Shown in pieces: positions 21,665-31,089 of a stretch of DNA of 64,000 bases; position 1 is the first letter of the stretch, and every line of letters starts with the position of its first letter. Where the stretch lies: assembly GCA_038321985.1 (NCBI GenBank), contig JBBQFN010000023.1, positions 21,365-85,364 on the forward strand, written 5' to 3'. The notes beneath the pieces were generated by a model. It worked only from the letters and a program-made list of their open reading frames with translations. It had not been told where the DNA came from and made no database searches. The position numbers were made by a program, and so were the translations under genes. The stretch is from Cyanophyceae cyanobacterium. GTDB lineage: Bacteria; Cyanobacteriota; Cyanobacteriia; Cyanobacteriales; Laspinemataceae.

Positions 21665-22369
21665 ATGACTGCCGATAGCCAACTCATCTCCGGCAAAGTG
21701 ATTCGGGCGGTTGCAAGGCGTACCTTTTGGCCTTTCGTCCTGAGTGGTATAAACGGAGAATTTTCCAAGCGGCTGTTCGACGTTGTGTTTTCCCTGTGCG
21801 TTCTAATCGTGTTTTCCCCGGTTTACGCGATTTTGGGTCTGCTAATTTACATTAGCTCCCCCGGCCCGATTTTTTATGTGCAGGAGCGCGTTGGCAAAAA
21901 CCGCCAAAAATTCGGATGCATTAAATTCAGGACAATGGTGCTCAATGCCGACGAAGTTTTGCTGGATATCATGGAAACTTCCCCTCATTTGCGTCAAGAA
22001 TTTGAGGATAATTTCAAACTCAAGCAAGACCCTAGAATTACTTGGATCGGCCATTTTCTAAGAATCACCAGCCTGGATGAATTCCCCCAATTTTGGAATG
22101 TTTTGAAAGGTGAAATGAGCGTCGTTGGGCCTCGACCTTTAGTGGTTGAGGAACTACCCAAGTATGGCCGATATATCGATAAAGTCCTCACCATTAAACC
22201 CGGAATTACCGGATTGTGGCAGGTCTCCGGTCGAAATGACATTCCCTATCCCAAACGCATCCAAATTGACGTCTATTATGTCAATTTCAAAAACTTGTGG
22301 ATGGACCTGTGGATTGTCTTGAAAACCCTTAGAGTGGTGCTGTTCCCTAAAAATAATGGGGCATATTAA
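21665..22369 (+). CDS. Polyprenyl-phosphate sugar phosphotransferase (WcaJ/WbaP C-terminal type)
   Basis: KRLFD, KFRTM, DPRIT, SLDEFPQFWNVLKGEMSVVGPRP, PGITGLWQVSGRN. Confidence 0.95.
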   Translation: MTADSQLISGKVIRAVARRTFWPFVLSGINGEFSKRLFDVVFSLCVLIVFSPVYAILGLLIYISSPGPIFYVQERVGKNRQKFGCIKFRTMVLNADEVLLDIMETSPHLRQEFEDNFKLKQDPRITWIGHFLRITSLDEFPQFWNVLKGEMSVVGPRPLVVEELPKYGRYIDKVLTIKPGITGLWQVSGRNDIPYPKRIQIDVYYVNFKNLWMDLWIVLKTLRVVLFPKNNGAY

Positions 22370-22452
22370 CGGGCATTGTTGCCCTGGGCTGCATCAGCGC
22401 TCTTGCTGGTGCAGTTCATCCCCTTTAACGGACCGATGCAGATCGGGAATCA

Positions 22453-22486
22453 TGCTGAGGGCGCAAGGCTTCAGCAAATTTTTTGT
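22453..22486 (+). terminator. Probable intrinsic terminator
   Basis: GCTGAGG...CTTCAGC followed by AAATTTTTTG. Confidence 0.5.
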
Positions 22487-22808
22487 ATTCAAAACCCCAA
22501 TCCCTGGGTAAAATAAACAAGACGGTGACAGTTGATACCCCCAGGAAGTATAATCCTTTACAATAGGACGAGAGAAATCAGACGGCTCAATTCCCTAAAA
22601 GTTTACCAAAACTATAGGTTTATTTGACATTAACTTCCCCATTTCACGGTAGAGTGAGACACTGATTTGATCAGTCCCCACCTGAGCAGAACAATTCCCA
22701 GGATAGGGGGAGAGGCAACTAATCATCAGGGTGCTGTTTAGTACAGACTCACGCGATCGCCGCAAAGAGTCCCAAAGATTAACTTGAGGTTGAGAGGAAA
22801 AATACGAA

Positions 22809-24857
22809 ATGACGCAACGTAAGCGGGCATTAATTACAGGTATCACCGGCCAAGACGGTTCTTACTTAAGCGAATTGTTATTAGAAAAAGGCTATGAAGT
22901 GCACGGCATTATCCGCCGGACCTCCACCTTTAATACCGACCGGATCGATCATCTTTATGTGGACCCCCATAGCGAACAAGCCCGGTTATTTCTGCACTAC
23001 GGTGACTTAACCGATGGGGTCACTCTGCGCCGCATTCTCGAAGAAGTCAAACCCGTTGAAATTTACAACTTGGGTGCTCAATCCCACGTCCGAGTTAGCT
23101 TTGACTCCCCAGAGTACACCGTTGATACTGTGGCAATGGGAACCCTGCGGCTGCTAGAAGCAATCCGAGACTACCAACACCGCACCGGGATCCAAGTCCG
23201 GTTTTACCAAGCCGGTTCTTCGGAAATGTTTGGTAAGGTCCTGGAAGTTCCTCAGACAGAAAACACCCCTTTCTATCCCAGAAGTCCCTATTCCTGTGCC
23301 AAAGTTTACGCCCACTGGCAAACCATTAACTATCGGGAATCTTACGATTTATTTGCGTGCAATGGCATTCTGTTTAACCACGAATGCGTAATTGATAACA
23401 CCCCAGTCTTCATTCGCCAGGATGGATTAATTGACCTAGTGTCGATCGCAGAAGTGGTCCCCCATCACCCCGATCCAAACTCCCAAAATCGATACACCAC
23501 GGACATTGCGGCAGAAAATCGGTTTGAGGTTTGGGATGCCCAAGGCTGGGCGCAAGTTACTTGCATGACGGCAACCTGGAATGGTGCAACGGAACAACCG
23601 AATAAGACGGTACATCGGATTGCTGCCGAGGGTGCAGTTTACCATGCCACCAGCAGTCACGTTGTATTTGTGCAAGGGGAAGAATCGGCAGTAGAAAAAC
23701 CTGCCGGTGAGGTCAAAGTCGGTGACTCCTTGGCATTGATTGATTTACCACAACCTACGGAACAACTAGACATCACGGAAACTGAAGCATGGTTGCTGGG
23801 GGTGTTGGTTGCCTCGGGAGAGATTGACAGCGAAGGTCAGGTAAACTTGACAATGCCTGAACCGGGTTTAGCCGATCGCCTCGCCGCCTCTTGGCGAAAA
23901 GTAGCCGGTGGTAGTTGCGATCGCCAATCAAATCTCTGGTTGTCGGGAAATGCCGCCTACGCTGACTATTTGCGGTCGGAACTGTACGGAAAATCCTCAG
24001 ACAAGCGCATTCCTAAACGGATTCTCAATGCGGGCGATCGCGAACGCTTGGCATTTCTAGAAGGATTTAAGGCCGTTTCTCCCCAGGTTGGGGAATGTTT
24101 CACGGTTCAGACTCCCTCGGCAGTGCTCGCCGCTGGACTCTACTGGATGGCCGTCACGACTCTCCAGCAACCTGCATGGATTGCCACTGAACTCGATGGC
24201 GAGGGCCTAGAATACCAGATTCACTTCAACTCCACCCCACCCCAAGGCAGAACCCGCGCACAAGTTGTCACTGCCGAACCCATCGAATATAAAGGATGGT
24301 TGTTTGACTTAGCGACAACGAGTGGCACCTTCCATGCGGGAGTCGGTCAGGGTTGGATCCATAACTCCCCCCGACGCGGTGAAACCTTTGTCACCCGTAA
24401 AATTACTCGGGCGATCGCCCGCATCGTCGCCGGAAAGCAGAAAAAACTTTTCCTGGGTAACCTAGATTCCAAACGGGACTGGGGGTATGCCAAAGACTAT
24501 GTTCGCGCCATGTGGTTGATGCTGCAACAAGACGAACCGGATGATTATGTCGTTGCCACCAATGAAACCCATACCATCCGCAAATTTTTGGATTTAGCCT
24601 TTAATTTCGTTAACCTGAATTGGGAAGATTATGTCGAATTCGACCCCCGCTATCTGCGTCCTGCGGAAGTGGATTTATTAATTGGCGATGCCAGTAAAGC
24701 CAAGGAAAAATTAGGGTGGGAACCGTCGATTACCTTTGAACAATTGGTCGCCTTAATGGTGGATTCCGACTTAAAGGCGATCGGGGTAGAATCTCCCACC
24801 GGACAACCGATTATTGACCGCGCCTTTGTCCGCCAAGACGGCCAAATGGTGGACTAA
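22809..24857 (+). CDS. gmd: GDP-mannose 4,6-dehydratase, intein-containing precursor
   Basis: GITGQDGSYL, QSHVRVSF, YPRSPYSCAK, GILFNHE|..|SPRRGETFVTRKI, KRDWGYAKDYV; removing the insert leaves a normal ~355-aa Gmd; upstream of fcl. Confidence 0.97.
   Translation: MTQRKRALITGITGQDGSYLSELLLEKGYEVHGIIRRTSTFNTDRIDHLYVDPHSEQARLFLHYGDLTDGVTLRRILEEVKPVEIYNLGAQSHVRVSFDSPEYTVDTVAMGTLRLLEAIRDYQHRTGIQVRFYQAGSSEMFGKVLEVPQTENTPFYPRSPYSCAKVYAHWQTINYRESYDLFACNGILFNHECVIDNTPVFIRQDGLIDLVSIAEVVPHHPDPNSQNRYTTDIAAENRFEVWDAQGWAQVTCMTATWNGATEQPNKTVHRIAAEGAVYHATSSHVVFVQGEESAVEKPAGEVKVGDSLALIDLPQPTEQLDITETEAWLLGVLVASGEIDSEGQVNLTMPEPGLADRLAASWRKVAGGSCDRQSNLWLSGNAAYADYLRSELYGKSSDKRIPKRILNAGDRERLAFLEGFKAVSPQVGECFTVQTPSAVLAAGLYWMAVTTLQQPAWIATELDGEGLEYQIHFNSTPPQGRTRAQVVTAEPIEYKGWLFDLATTSGTFHAGVGQGWIHNSPRRGETFVTRKITRAIARIVAGKQKKLFLGNLDSKRDWGYAKDYVRAMWLMLQQDEPDDYVVATNETHTIRKFLDLAFNFVNLNWEDYVEFDPRYLRPAEVDLLIGDASKAKEKLGWEPSITFEQLVALMVDSDLKAIGVESPTGQPIIDRAFVRQDGQMVD
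23385..24365 (+). mobile_element. Intein (327 aa) with degenerate LAGLIDADG endonuclease
   Basis: Starts Cys (CVIDNTPV), block B ATSSH, block F YKGWLFDLATTSGTFHAG, ends HN followed by Ser(+1); AWLLGVLVASG, KRIP, AFLEGF endonuclease remnants. Confidence 0.95.
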
Positions 24858-25010
24858 TCCATTCCGGAACCCGAGAAAACACCAAACTCTAGTCCCCTCC
24901 CCTCTGCCTTGGGGAGGGTCAAGGAGGGGTCCTCTCCTCTTAAAATAGAAGAGATAGAAAAAGTGCGATCGCCGGGAAGTTCAATTATTGAGGACCAGAG
25001 GGCAACTTAA

Positions 25011-25955
25011 ATGGAATCATTAGACTTAAAAGACAAACGGATTCTAGTCACCGGAGGGGCCGGATTTTTAGGTCGGCAAGTCATCGACCAATTAACCCAA
25101 TCCGGGGCCGATCCTGCTAAAATTACCGTACCGCGATCGCGGGATTCCGACCTGCGAATCATGGATATTTGTCAGCAGGTTGTGCAACAACAAGATGTGA
25201 TCATTCACCTCGCCGCCCATGTCGGAGGAATTGGTTTAAACCAACAGAAACCTGCCGAACTGTTTTATGACAATCTGATGATGGGCACGCAACTGATTCA
25301 CGCCGCCTATCAAGCGGGGGTGCAGAAATTTGTCTGTGTCGGCACTATTTGCGCCTATCCCAAATTTACCCCCGTTCCCTTCAAAGAAGAAGACCTCTGG
25401 AACGGCTACCCTGAAGAAACTAATGCCCCTTACGGCATTGCCAAAAAAGCCCTATTAGTTCAATTAGAATCTTATCGGCAACAATATAATTTTAACGGCA
25501 TTTACTTACTGCCCGTTAACTTATATGGGCCCGAAGATAACTTTGATCCTAGCAGTTCCCACGTCATCCCGGCCTTAATTCGCAAGATTTATGAAGCTCA
25601 AGAACGGGGAGACAAAGAATTAGTCGTCTGGGGAGATGGTACCCCGTCTCGGGAATTTCTGTACTCCACGGATGCAGCACGAGGGATTGTGATGGCAACC
25701 CAATCTTACCATAAATCTGACCCCGTTAACTTGGGAACTGGGTATGAAATTACAATTCGGGATTTAATCGAACTCATTGGCGAATTGATGGGATTTGAGG
25801 GTAAAATTGTCTGGGATACGGACAAACCTAATGGTCAACCCCGACGCTGTTTAGATACAGAACGGGCTAAAAAAGAGTTTGGATTTACTGCCGAGGTTGG
25901 GTTTAGAGAAGGGTTGCAACAGACGATCGCCTGGTATCAGGAAAACGCGGCTTAG
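25011..25955 (+). CDS. fcl: GDP-L-fucose synthase
   Basis: [51 protein letters not shown]. Confidence 0.97.
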   Translation: MESLDLKDKRILVTGGAGFLGRQVIDQLTQSGADPAKITVPRSRDSDLRIMDICQQVVQQQDVIIHLAAHVGGIGLNQQKPAELFYDNLMMGTQLIHAAYQAGVQKFVCVGTICAYPKFTPVPFKEEDLWNGYPEETNAPYGIAKKALLVQLESYRQQYNFNGIYLLPVNLYGPEDNFDPSSSHVIPALIRKIYEAQERGDKELVVWGDGTPSREFLYSTDAARGIVMATQSYHKSDPVNLGTGYEITIRDLIELIGELMGFEGKIVWDTDKPNGQPRRCLDTERAKKEFGFTAEVGFREGLQQTIAWYQENAA

Positions 25956-26046
25956 TAACAACCGACGGGGGTTCAAACCCCCGCCTTCTACCTTGAATTC
26001 GGTAAAAATCGACTGAAACCTTTACTATTTCTGGATTTTTTCCGAG

Positions 26047-26634
26047 ATGTCCCTCGACCCCCAATTAGAAAAGGCACAACTCCGACTCAAGTTACTGAAG
26101 CAGCGAAAATCTCTTTCTCAAGCAGAATGGCAGGAGAAAAGTAATCGCCTTTGTACTCATCTGCAATCTTCCGATTTGTTTAGGCAGTCGTCTACTATTT
26201 TGGCCTACTTTAGTTTCCGCCAAGAACCGGATTTAAGTCCTTTATTCACGGATAAAAGTCATGAGTGGGGACTTCCTCGCTGTGTGAATAAGCAGTTGGT
26301 TTGGCATCGTTACTGTGTGGGAGATCCCTTAAAATCGGGAAAGTATGGAATTTTAGAACCCTTGGCAGATGCGCCGATATTGCAAGCGGATCAGGTAGAT
26401 TTAATTCTAGTGCCATCGGTGGGGTGCGACTGCGCTGGATATCGCCTAGGATATGGTGGAGGATTTTACGATCGCCTGCTTTCTCTTCCAGAATGGCAGT
26501 CTAAACTCACCCTGGGTATTCTCTTCGACTTGGGCGATTTACTCCCATTACCCATCGCTTCGTGGGATAAACCTTTACAGGGAGTTTGTACAGAAGTAGG
26601 GTTACGACAAACCCAATTTAATAATAATATTTAA
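26047..26634 (+). CDS. 5-formyltetrahydrofolate cyclo-ligase
   Basis: YGILEP, DLILVP, GYRLGYGGGFYDR, WD. Confidence 0.95.
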   Translation: MSLDPQLEKAQLRLKLLKQRKSLSQAEWQEKSNRLCTHLQSSDLFRQSSTILAYFSFRQEPDLSPLFTDKSHEWGLPRCVNKQLVWHRYCVGDPLKSGKYGILEPLADAPILQADQVDLILVPSVGCDCAGYRLGYGGGFYDRLLSLPEWQSKLTLGILFDLGDLLPLPIASWDKPLQGVCTEVGLRQTQFNNNI

Positions 26635-26772
26635 AATGGGATGAGAATAATTAAGGGAGTTTTTACACAAATTCAGTAAAAAAATAGGTGTTTTTAACAT
26701 AGATACCCCTAAACTATAGCACATCAAAAATTAGGGAGGGGCAATTCATAAATTACCCCTCATTCTCACATT

Positions 26773-28014
26773 TTAAACGGTAAAACTTTTATTATTTAAA
26801 ACCCCACTGGCGACATCTTCAATGAGTTGCAGGTGGCGCTTGAGTAACGTCGGCATGGCATAGCGTTCGATCGCTGTTTCTCGGGCTTTTTGACGAATCT
26901 CTGCCATACGAGTCGGATGATTGAACACTTCATCGACGCGATCAGCGATTTGTTTGGGGGAGAAAAAGTCTACTAACAATCCATTTTCGCCATCGGTGAT
27001 GACTTCTCGGACAGGTTGAGTGTCGGATCCCAGCACTAAACAACCCGTAGACAGAGATTCAATCATGGACCAAGATAAAACAAAGGGTCGGGTCAGATAA
27101 ATATGCACATCGGAGGCTTGAATTACTTTTAAGTACAATCCATAAGGCAAGGACCCGACAAAGTGAACCCGAGTTAAATCTAGGGGCACTTTTTTAAGCA
27201 TATAGTCTTTGTAAGTTTCGCCATTGGGTAGCGATTTGCCGTAACAAACGCGATCCGAACCAACCACGACTACATGACAATTGGGACGGCGTTCTTGAAT
27301 ATAACCCACCGCTTCTATAAACTCCGGAAAACCGCGATAGGGTTCCATTCCTCGGGCTACATAAGTCACCAGTTCATCTACATGAGATAAATCTAAGTTA
27401 GGTAGGACTAATTTAGCACCGGGTTCGGGTTTAAAATATTCTGTATCGACGCCATCGTGAATGACAGAAAGTTTGCTGTGAAATTCGGGCGGAAATTGCG
27501 ATCGCTGCCAGTAGGTTGGTGATACTCCCCAATCACATGATGCTAAGTCAATTAAAATCGGGGCATTTTTAACTCTAATTCGGGCTACATCATCGGGATT
27601 TAACGGGTCGTTGGGGTCAAAGTTGGCATCAGACCCGTAGGCATGATAGTACCATTCAAAATAGCACATTAACGGGGTTTCGGGATAGATATCTTTGGCA
27701 AATACCGTCGGACCCCAGCCGGAATGGCCGTAAATCACATCGGGTACAAATCCTTGAGCTTTAAGTTGTTCGGCCATCCGATAAACCGCTTGTCCGTAGA
27801 TGACGGCACTTTCTAAGGGACGCACATAATGATGGGTTCCCGGATGAGGGTCCCGACTGGGTGCAAATAAGGCTTTTTTGACTCCAGGAATCACCCATTC
27901 TGGCCGTTCATTTTTCGTACCAAAAACAACTTGATTCTTAGGATTACTGCCTAGTACGGTAGCTAAATGACGGAATTGGGCGGGGAAGTTGGGATGCAGG
28001 AAGAGAATTTGCAT
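26773..28014 (-). CDS. Glycosyltransferase family 4
   Basis: LFLHPNFPAQF, GHSGWG, ARGMEPYRGF, YLTRPFVLSWSMIE. Confidence 0.92.
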   Translation of the reverse strand: MQILFLHPNFPAQFRHLATVLGSNPKNQVVFGTKNERPEWVIPGVKKALFAPSRDPHPGTHHYVRPLESAVIYGQAVYRMAEQLKAQGFVPDVIYGHSGWGPTVFAKDIYPETPLMCYFEWYYHAYGSDANFDPNDPLNPDDVARIRVKNAPILIDLASCDWGVSPTYWQRSQFPPEFHSKLSVIHDGVDTEYFKPEPGAKLVLPNLDLSHVDELVTYVARGMEPYRGFPEFIEAVGYIQERRPNCHVVVVGSDRVCYGKSLPNGETYKDYMLKKVPLDLTRVHFVGSLPYGLYLKVIQASDVHIYLTRPFVLSWSMIESLSTGCLVLGSDTQPVREVITDGENGLLVDFFSPKQIADRVDEVFNHPTRMAEIRQKARETAIERYAMPTLLKRHLQLIEDVASGVLNNKSFTV

Positions 28015-28116
28015 GGTCAATGATCGCAACGGTTTACTTTAAAAATACTGCCTAATAAATTAAAATAAGGAACAAAGTTTTAAAGAGTTTAGTTCCTCAT
28101 TTTAATTTTTTTGAGT

Positions 28117-28860
28117 TCAAACAATCGGGGCTTTACAGATCCAAACACAATCTCGGGGAACGGATTGGGTATCTTTGACCAGAATTTCATAATTGAGATG
28201 GGTGAGAAATTTTTCCATGATGCGATCGCTCATCACAGAAAAGGCCGAACCGTGTCTTTGCCCCATTAAATTGAGATGCCATTCACTTAAAAACTTTTGC
28301 CAACCTAATTCGCTAAGAATGTTAGTATGATGAAAAATACAGAGGCGATCGCCGCGCAATAAGGGGGGAATTCGACTTAGATAATTAAAAATGTCGCGAG
28401 GTTCCAAATGCACCATCGTATCGTAACAGAAACAGACATCAACGGAGTTCGTTTTGATCGCACTAAGGGTCAGTCCATCGAGTTTACAATAGCTCACGCG
28501 ATCGTCCCCGAGACGCGATCTTGTCGCCTCTAGCATTTTACTGGAAATATCCGCACAAATCAGCTCTTTGCAGTGCTTGAGCAACAATGCCCCAGTTTTG
28601 CCACCCCCCACACCGATTTCTAAAACCCGATGTTCCTGCCCGATATGAGGCTGAATGAAGCGCTGTTCAATCAGGCTTTCATATTCGGCTAGGGTTTGGG
28701 CTGCACCCGCCCCTTTTCCAATCCATTCATCCCCAATGCGATCGAGTTCGGGATGCAAATCTTGCCAGACCTCGGCGTAAGCATCCCAGGTCCCTTCATA
28801 GTCAATGCCGTGATTGGTCGTTTCCATTGCTGCGCTGTACACTTCCGAACTAGACAACAT
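28117..28860 (-). CDS. Class I SAM-dependent methyltransferase
   Basis: VLEIGVGGG, ADIS, DVCFCYDTMVH. Confidence 0.88.
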   Translation of the reverse strand: MLSSSEVYSAAMETTNHGIDYEGTWDAYAEVWQDLHPELDRIGDEWIGKGAGAAQTLAEYESLIEQRFIQPHIGQEHRVLEIGVGGGKTGALLLKHCKELICADISSKMLEATRSRLGDDRVSYCKLDGLTLSAIKTNSVDVCFCYDTMVHLEPRDIFNYLSRIPPLLRGDRLCIFHHTNILSELGWQKFLSEWHLNLMGQRHGSAFSVMSDRIMEKFLTHLNYEILVKDTQSVPRDCVWICKAPIV

Positions 28861-28912
28861 TCACCTTACTCGGTGATCATCCCCGATCATTCTTTTACCA
28901 CATTATGTTGAT

Positions 28913-29659
28913 TTAATCCCAGGAAAAATTGAGGAATAATTCCTCGGATAGCTGTTGGTTGTATTCCTGAAAATACTTAATCAAGGTGAATTTGAATTCA
29001 TCCGGCATTTTGGAATGGTCTCCGGCATTGTACTTGGGGTAGTCGGAAATTTTCATCGGGGATAAGCCTAAAAATGCCAGGGTCTTGGCTAGGATGTCAG
29101 CCGGATTAGCATAAAATTCTTCACTTTTTAAAATTAAAAATTGCTCCCTCGGGAAAAGTTTCAACCATTTTTTGAGTTGGGAGATATATATTCCCCGAGA
29201 TAAATAAGTGTAATGCTGGTGATTGTAACTATAGTGGTTTTGATCGGCAAACATTTTTTCGACTTCCCCGGCCAGTCTTTCCGGTTCTTGGGCGATCGCT
29301 TCAGCAAAAGAAAGCGCCTCAAATCCCCAGCGCACTTCATGATTATAATGAGACCAGGCTCTATCGACGGGATTTCTAAGTAAAACAATTAGTTTAACCG
29401 TAGGAACTAAATCCTTAACCCGCTGGGGAACTAAGGGATGAAACAGATAATAAGGACTCGCTTCCCCAGTTAGCATCGGCTTTTCTGGGGACTGGGGGGG
29501 AAATTGTTCACGATACCAGTCGATGCTTTGATGAAAGTTAAAGTCAAAAAAATGAACTTCTTTTTGAGCAGCGGGGAGAACTTGCGGATGTTGAATCAAG
29601 TAATTATAGAGAGAGGTTGTCCCTCCTTTTTGAGTTCCAATAATCAGAAAATCTGGCAT
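28913..29659 (-). CDS. Sulfotransferase (heparan-sulfate sulfotransferase-like)
   Basis: PAPS loop PDFLIIGTQKGGTTSLY, KEVHFF, GEASPYY, LRNPVDRAWS. Confidence 0.93.
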   Translation of the reverse strand: MPDFLIIGTQKGGTTSLYNYLIQHPQVLPAAQKEVHFFDFNFHQSIDWYREQFPPQSPEKPMLTGEASPYYLFHPLVPQRVKDLVPTVKLIVLLRNPVDRAWSHYNHEVRWGFEALSFAEAIAQEPERLAGEVEKMFADQNHYSYNHQHYTYLSRGIYISQLKKWLKLFPREQFLILKSEEFYANPADILAKTLAFLGLSPMKISDYPKYNAGDHSKMPDEFKFTLIKYFQEYNQQLSEELFLNFSWD

Positions 29660-29778
29660 GGTTGAGTTAGAGTGTGATTGCCAATTATAGGATTGAAACT
29701 ATAGAGAAGCGAGTCCAAATGCAATTACTGCGGGTCCCCTACCCAAGATACAGAGGAAGGGACTCAATAACGGACCGA

Positions 29779-31032
29779 TTATAATGGTTTCTTCGCAATT
29801 AAATAGTTGCAAGAGGCTAACTCTTCATTAGTCTGGGGATGCAGACAGGTGACAAAATCTCGGTTGAGGTAGGTGTTAGGATGCGATAAAAGCTCTCCGA
29901 CTTTAATTTCTTTAAAGGCTTCCGCGATGGGTTGAGGTAACCCTTGGACATAAGAATTCAGAAACCAAGTCAAAGCGGCGATCGGTAACCCCGGCAGTTG
30001 CACTGTACAGTCGAGGGCCTCTAATTCGCTAAACAAATTTTTGAGACCACTGCTGGTCATATTATAGTAATGGTCAGGATAGCCATGAAAGGGCTGTAAA
30101 AAAGGAACTGCCGCATAAAGAGTACCTCCGGGTTTGAGAACGCGGATAATCTCTTTGGCACATTCAAATGGATTTTTAACGTGTTCTAAAACAGCTAGAG
30201 AAAAGACGGCATCAAATACATTAGATTTGAAAGGAAGTTTTTCTCCGATACTAATCACATCGGTGGTGGGATAGTCAACAATATCCAAATTCACCACATT
30301 AGGATAATATTGGTTTCTCAATCCACAGCCATTATCTAAAATTAATCCATTGGAAAATTGCTCGATTAAATTAAGGCTAATAGGGTCGTAATCATTTGCA
30401 GAAATGGAAGCCGTTGATTTCACGTTGCCATATTCAGTTAATTGGCGATTTAAAAAGTTATAATTATTGGGATTAAGGCGAAATTCGGAGTCACAGTCAC
30501 AACAGGATAGAACCGATTCCCGGTTGGAAAGGCGATCGCCTTCACAAATTGGACATTGCAAAATAGGCTGAATTTTCAGCAACTTTTCTTCTTTTTGTTG
30601 CCCAAATTTCTGGCATAATTCCCCAGAGATGAATAAATCAATGGGAAAACGATAGAGTTGGTCATCCATAGAAAATTGAATGAACCAAGATTCTCCCGGC
30701 GTGAGGTGACCTGTTAAAATAAAGTCTTGAAACCCGATTGCTGTGCGATTGGGATAGACGGCTTCCACATCGGGGCGATCGACTAGGGTTAAAAACTGAA
30801 CCTCCCGAGTTTCATTGCATAAAATGAGCTTTTCAATGTGACTTTTTTCATTCCCGACAATCCATCCACTAATAATCACAAAAGCCGCCGACATCGCCTC
30901 TTGAGGTTTAGGGGAATCAATGCAATATAGAAACGGATCAGGGGGCAATTTTATCCCTGCTATTGGCATCGGTTTTCTAGCCCATAATGCTTTAGCAAAA
31001 GACTTGAACTTCAATGAATTAAAAGTTTTCAT
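29779..31032 (-). CDS. Methyltransferase with N-terminal beta domain and Cys4 linker
   Basis: CPIC..CCDC; LILDNGCG, LPFKSNVFDAV, VLEHV, LKPGG, PFLQPFHGYPDHY. Confidence 0.88.
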   Translation of the reverse strand: MKTFNSLKFKSFAKALWARKPMPIAGIKLPPDPFLYCIDSPKPQEAMSAAFVIISGWIVGNEKSHIEKLILCNETREVQFLTLVDRPDVEAVYPNRTAIGFQDFILTGHLTPGESWFIQFSMDDQLYRFPIDLFISGELCQKFGQQKEEKLLKIQPILQCPICEGDRLSNRESVLSCCDCDSEFRLNPNNYNFLNRQLTEYGNVKSTASISANDYDPISLNLIEQFSNGLILDNGCGLRNQYYPNVVNLDIVDYPTTDVISIGEKLPFKSNVFDAVFSLAVLEHVKNPFECAKEIIRVLKPGGTLYAAVPFLQPFHGYPDHYYNMTSSGLKNLFSELEALDCTVQLPGLPIAALTWFLNSYVQGLPQPIAEAFKEIKVGELLSHPNTYLNRDFVTCLHPQTNEELASCNYLIAKKPL

Positions 31033-31089
31033 ACTCAGCTAGGTGATATTCTTACACTCATGAATTCCCGTAACTAAACCATTGCTGGA

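Noticed and set aside
21333..22808. SigF-type GGGTAA promoters or riboswitches before the glycan genes
   Set aside because: The hexamer is too short to be significant without TSS data, and no aptamer consensus was seen
25956..26046. 6S RNA upstream of the 5-formyl-THF cyclo-ligase
   Set aside because: Gap is only ~90 bp and holds a short GGGGGTTCAAACCCCC hairpin; too short for 6S and no tRNA cloverleaf
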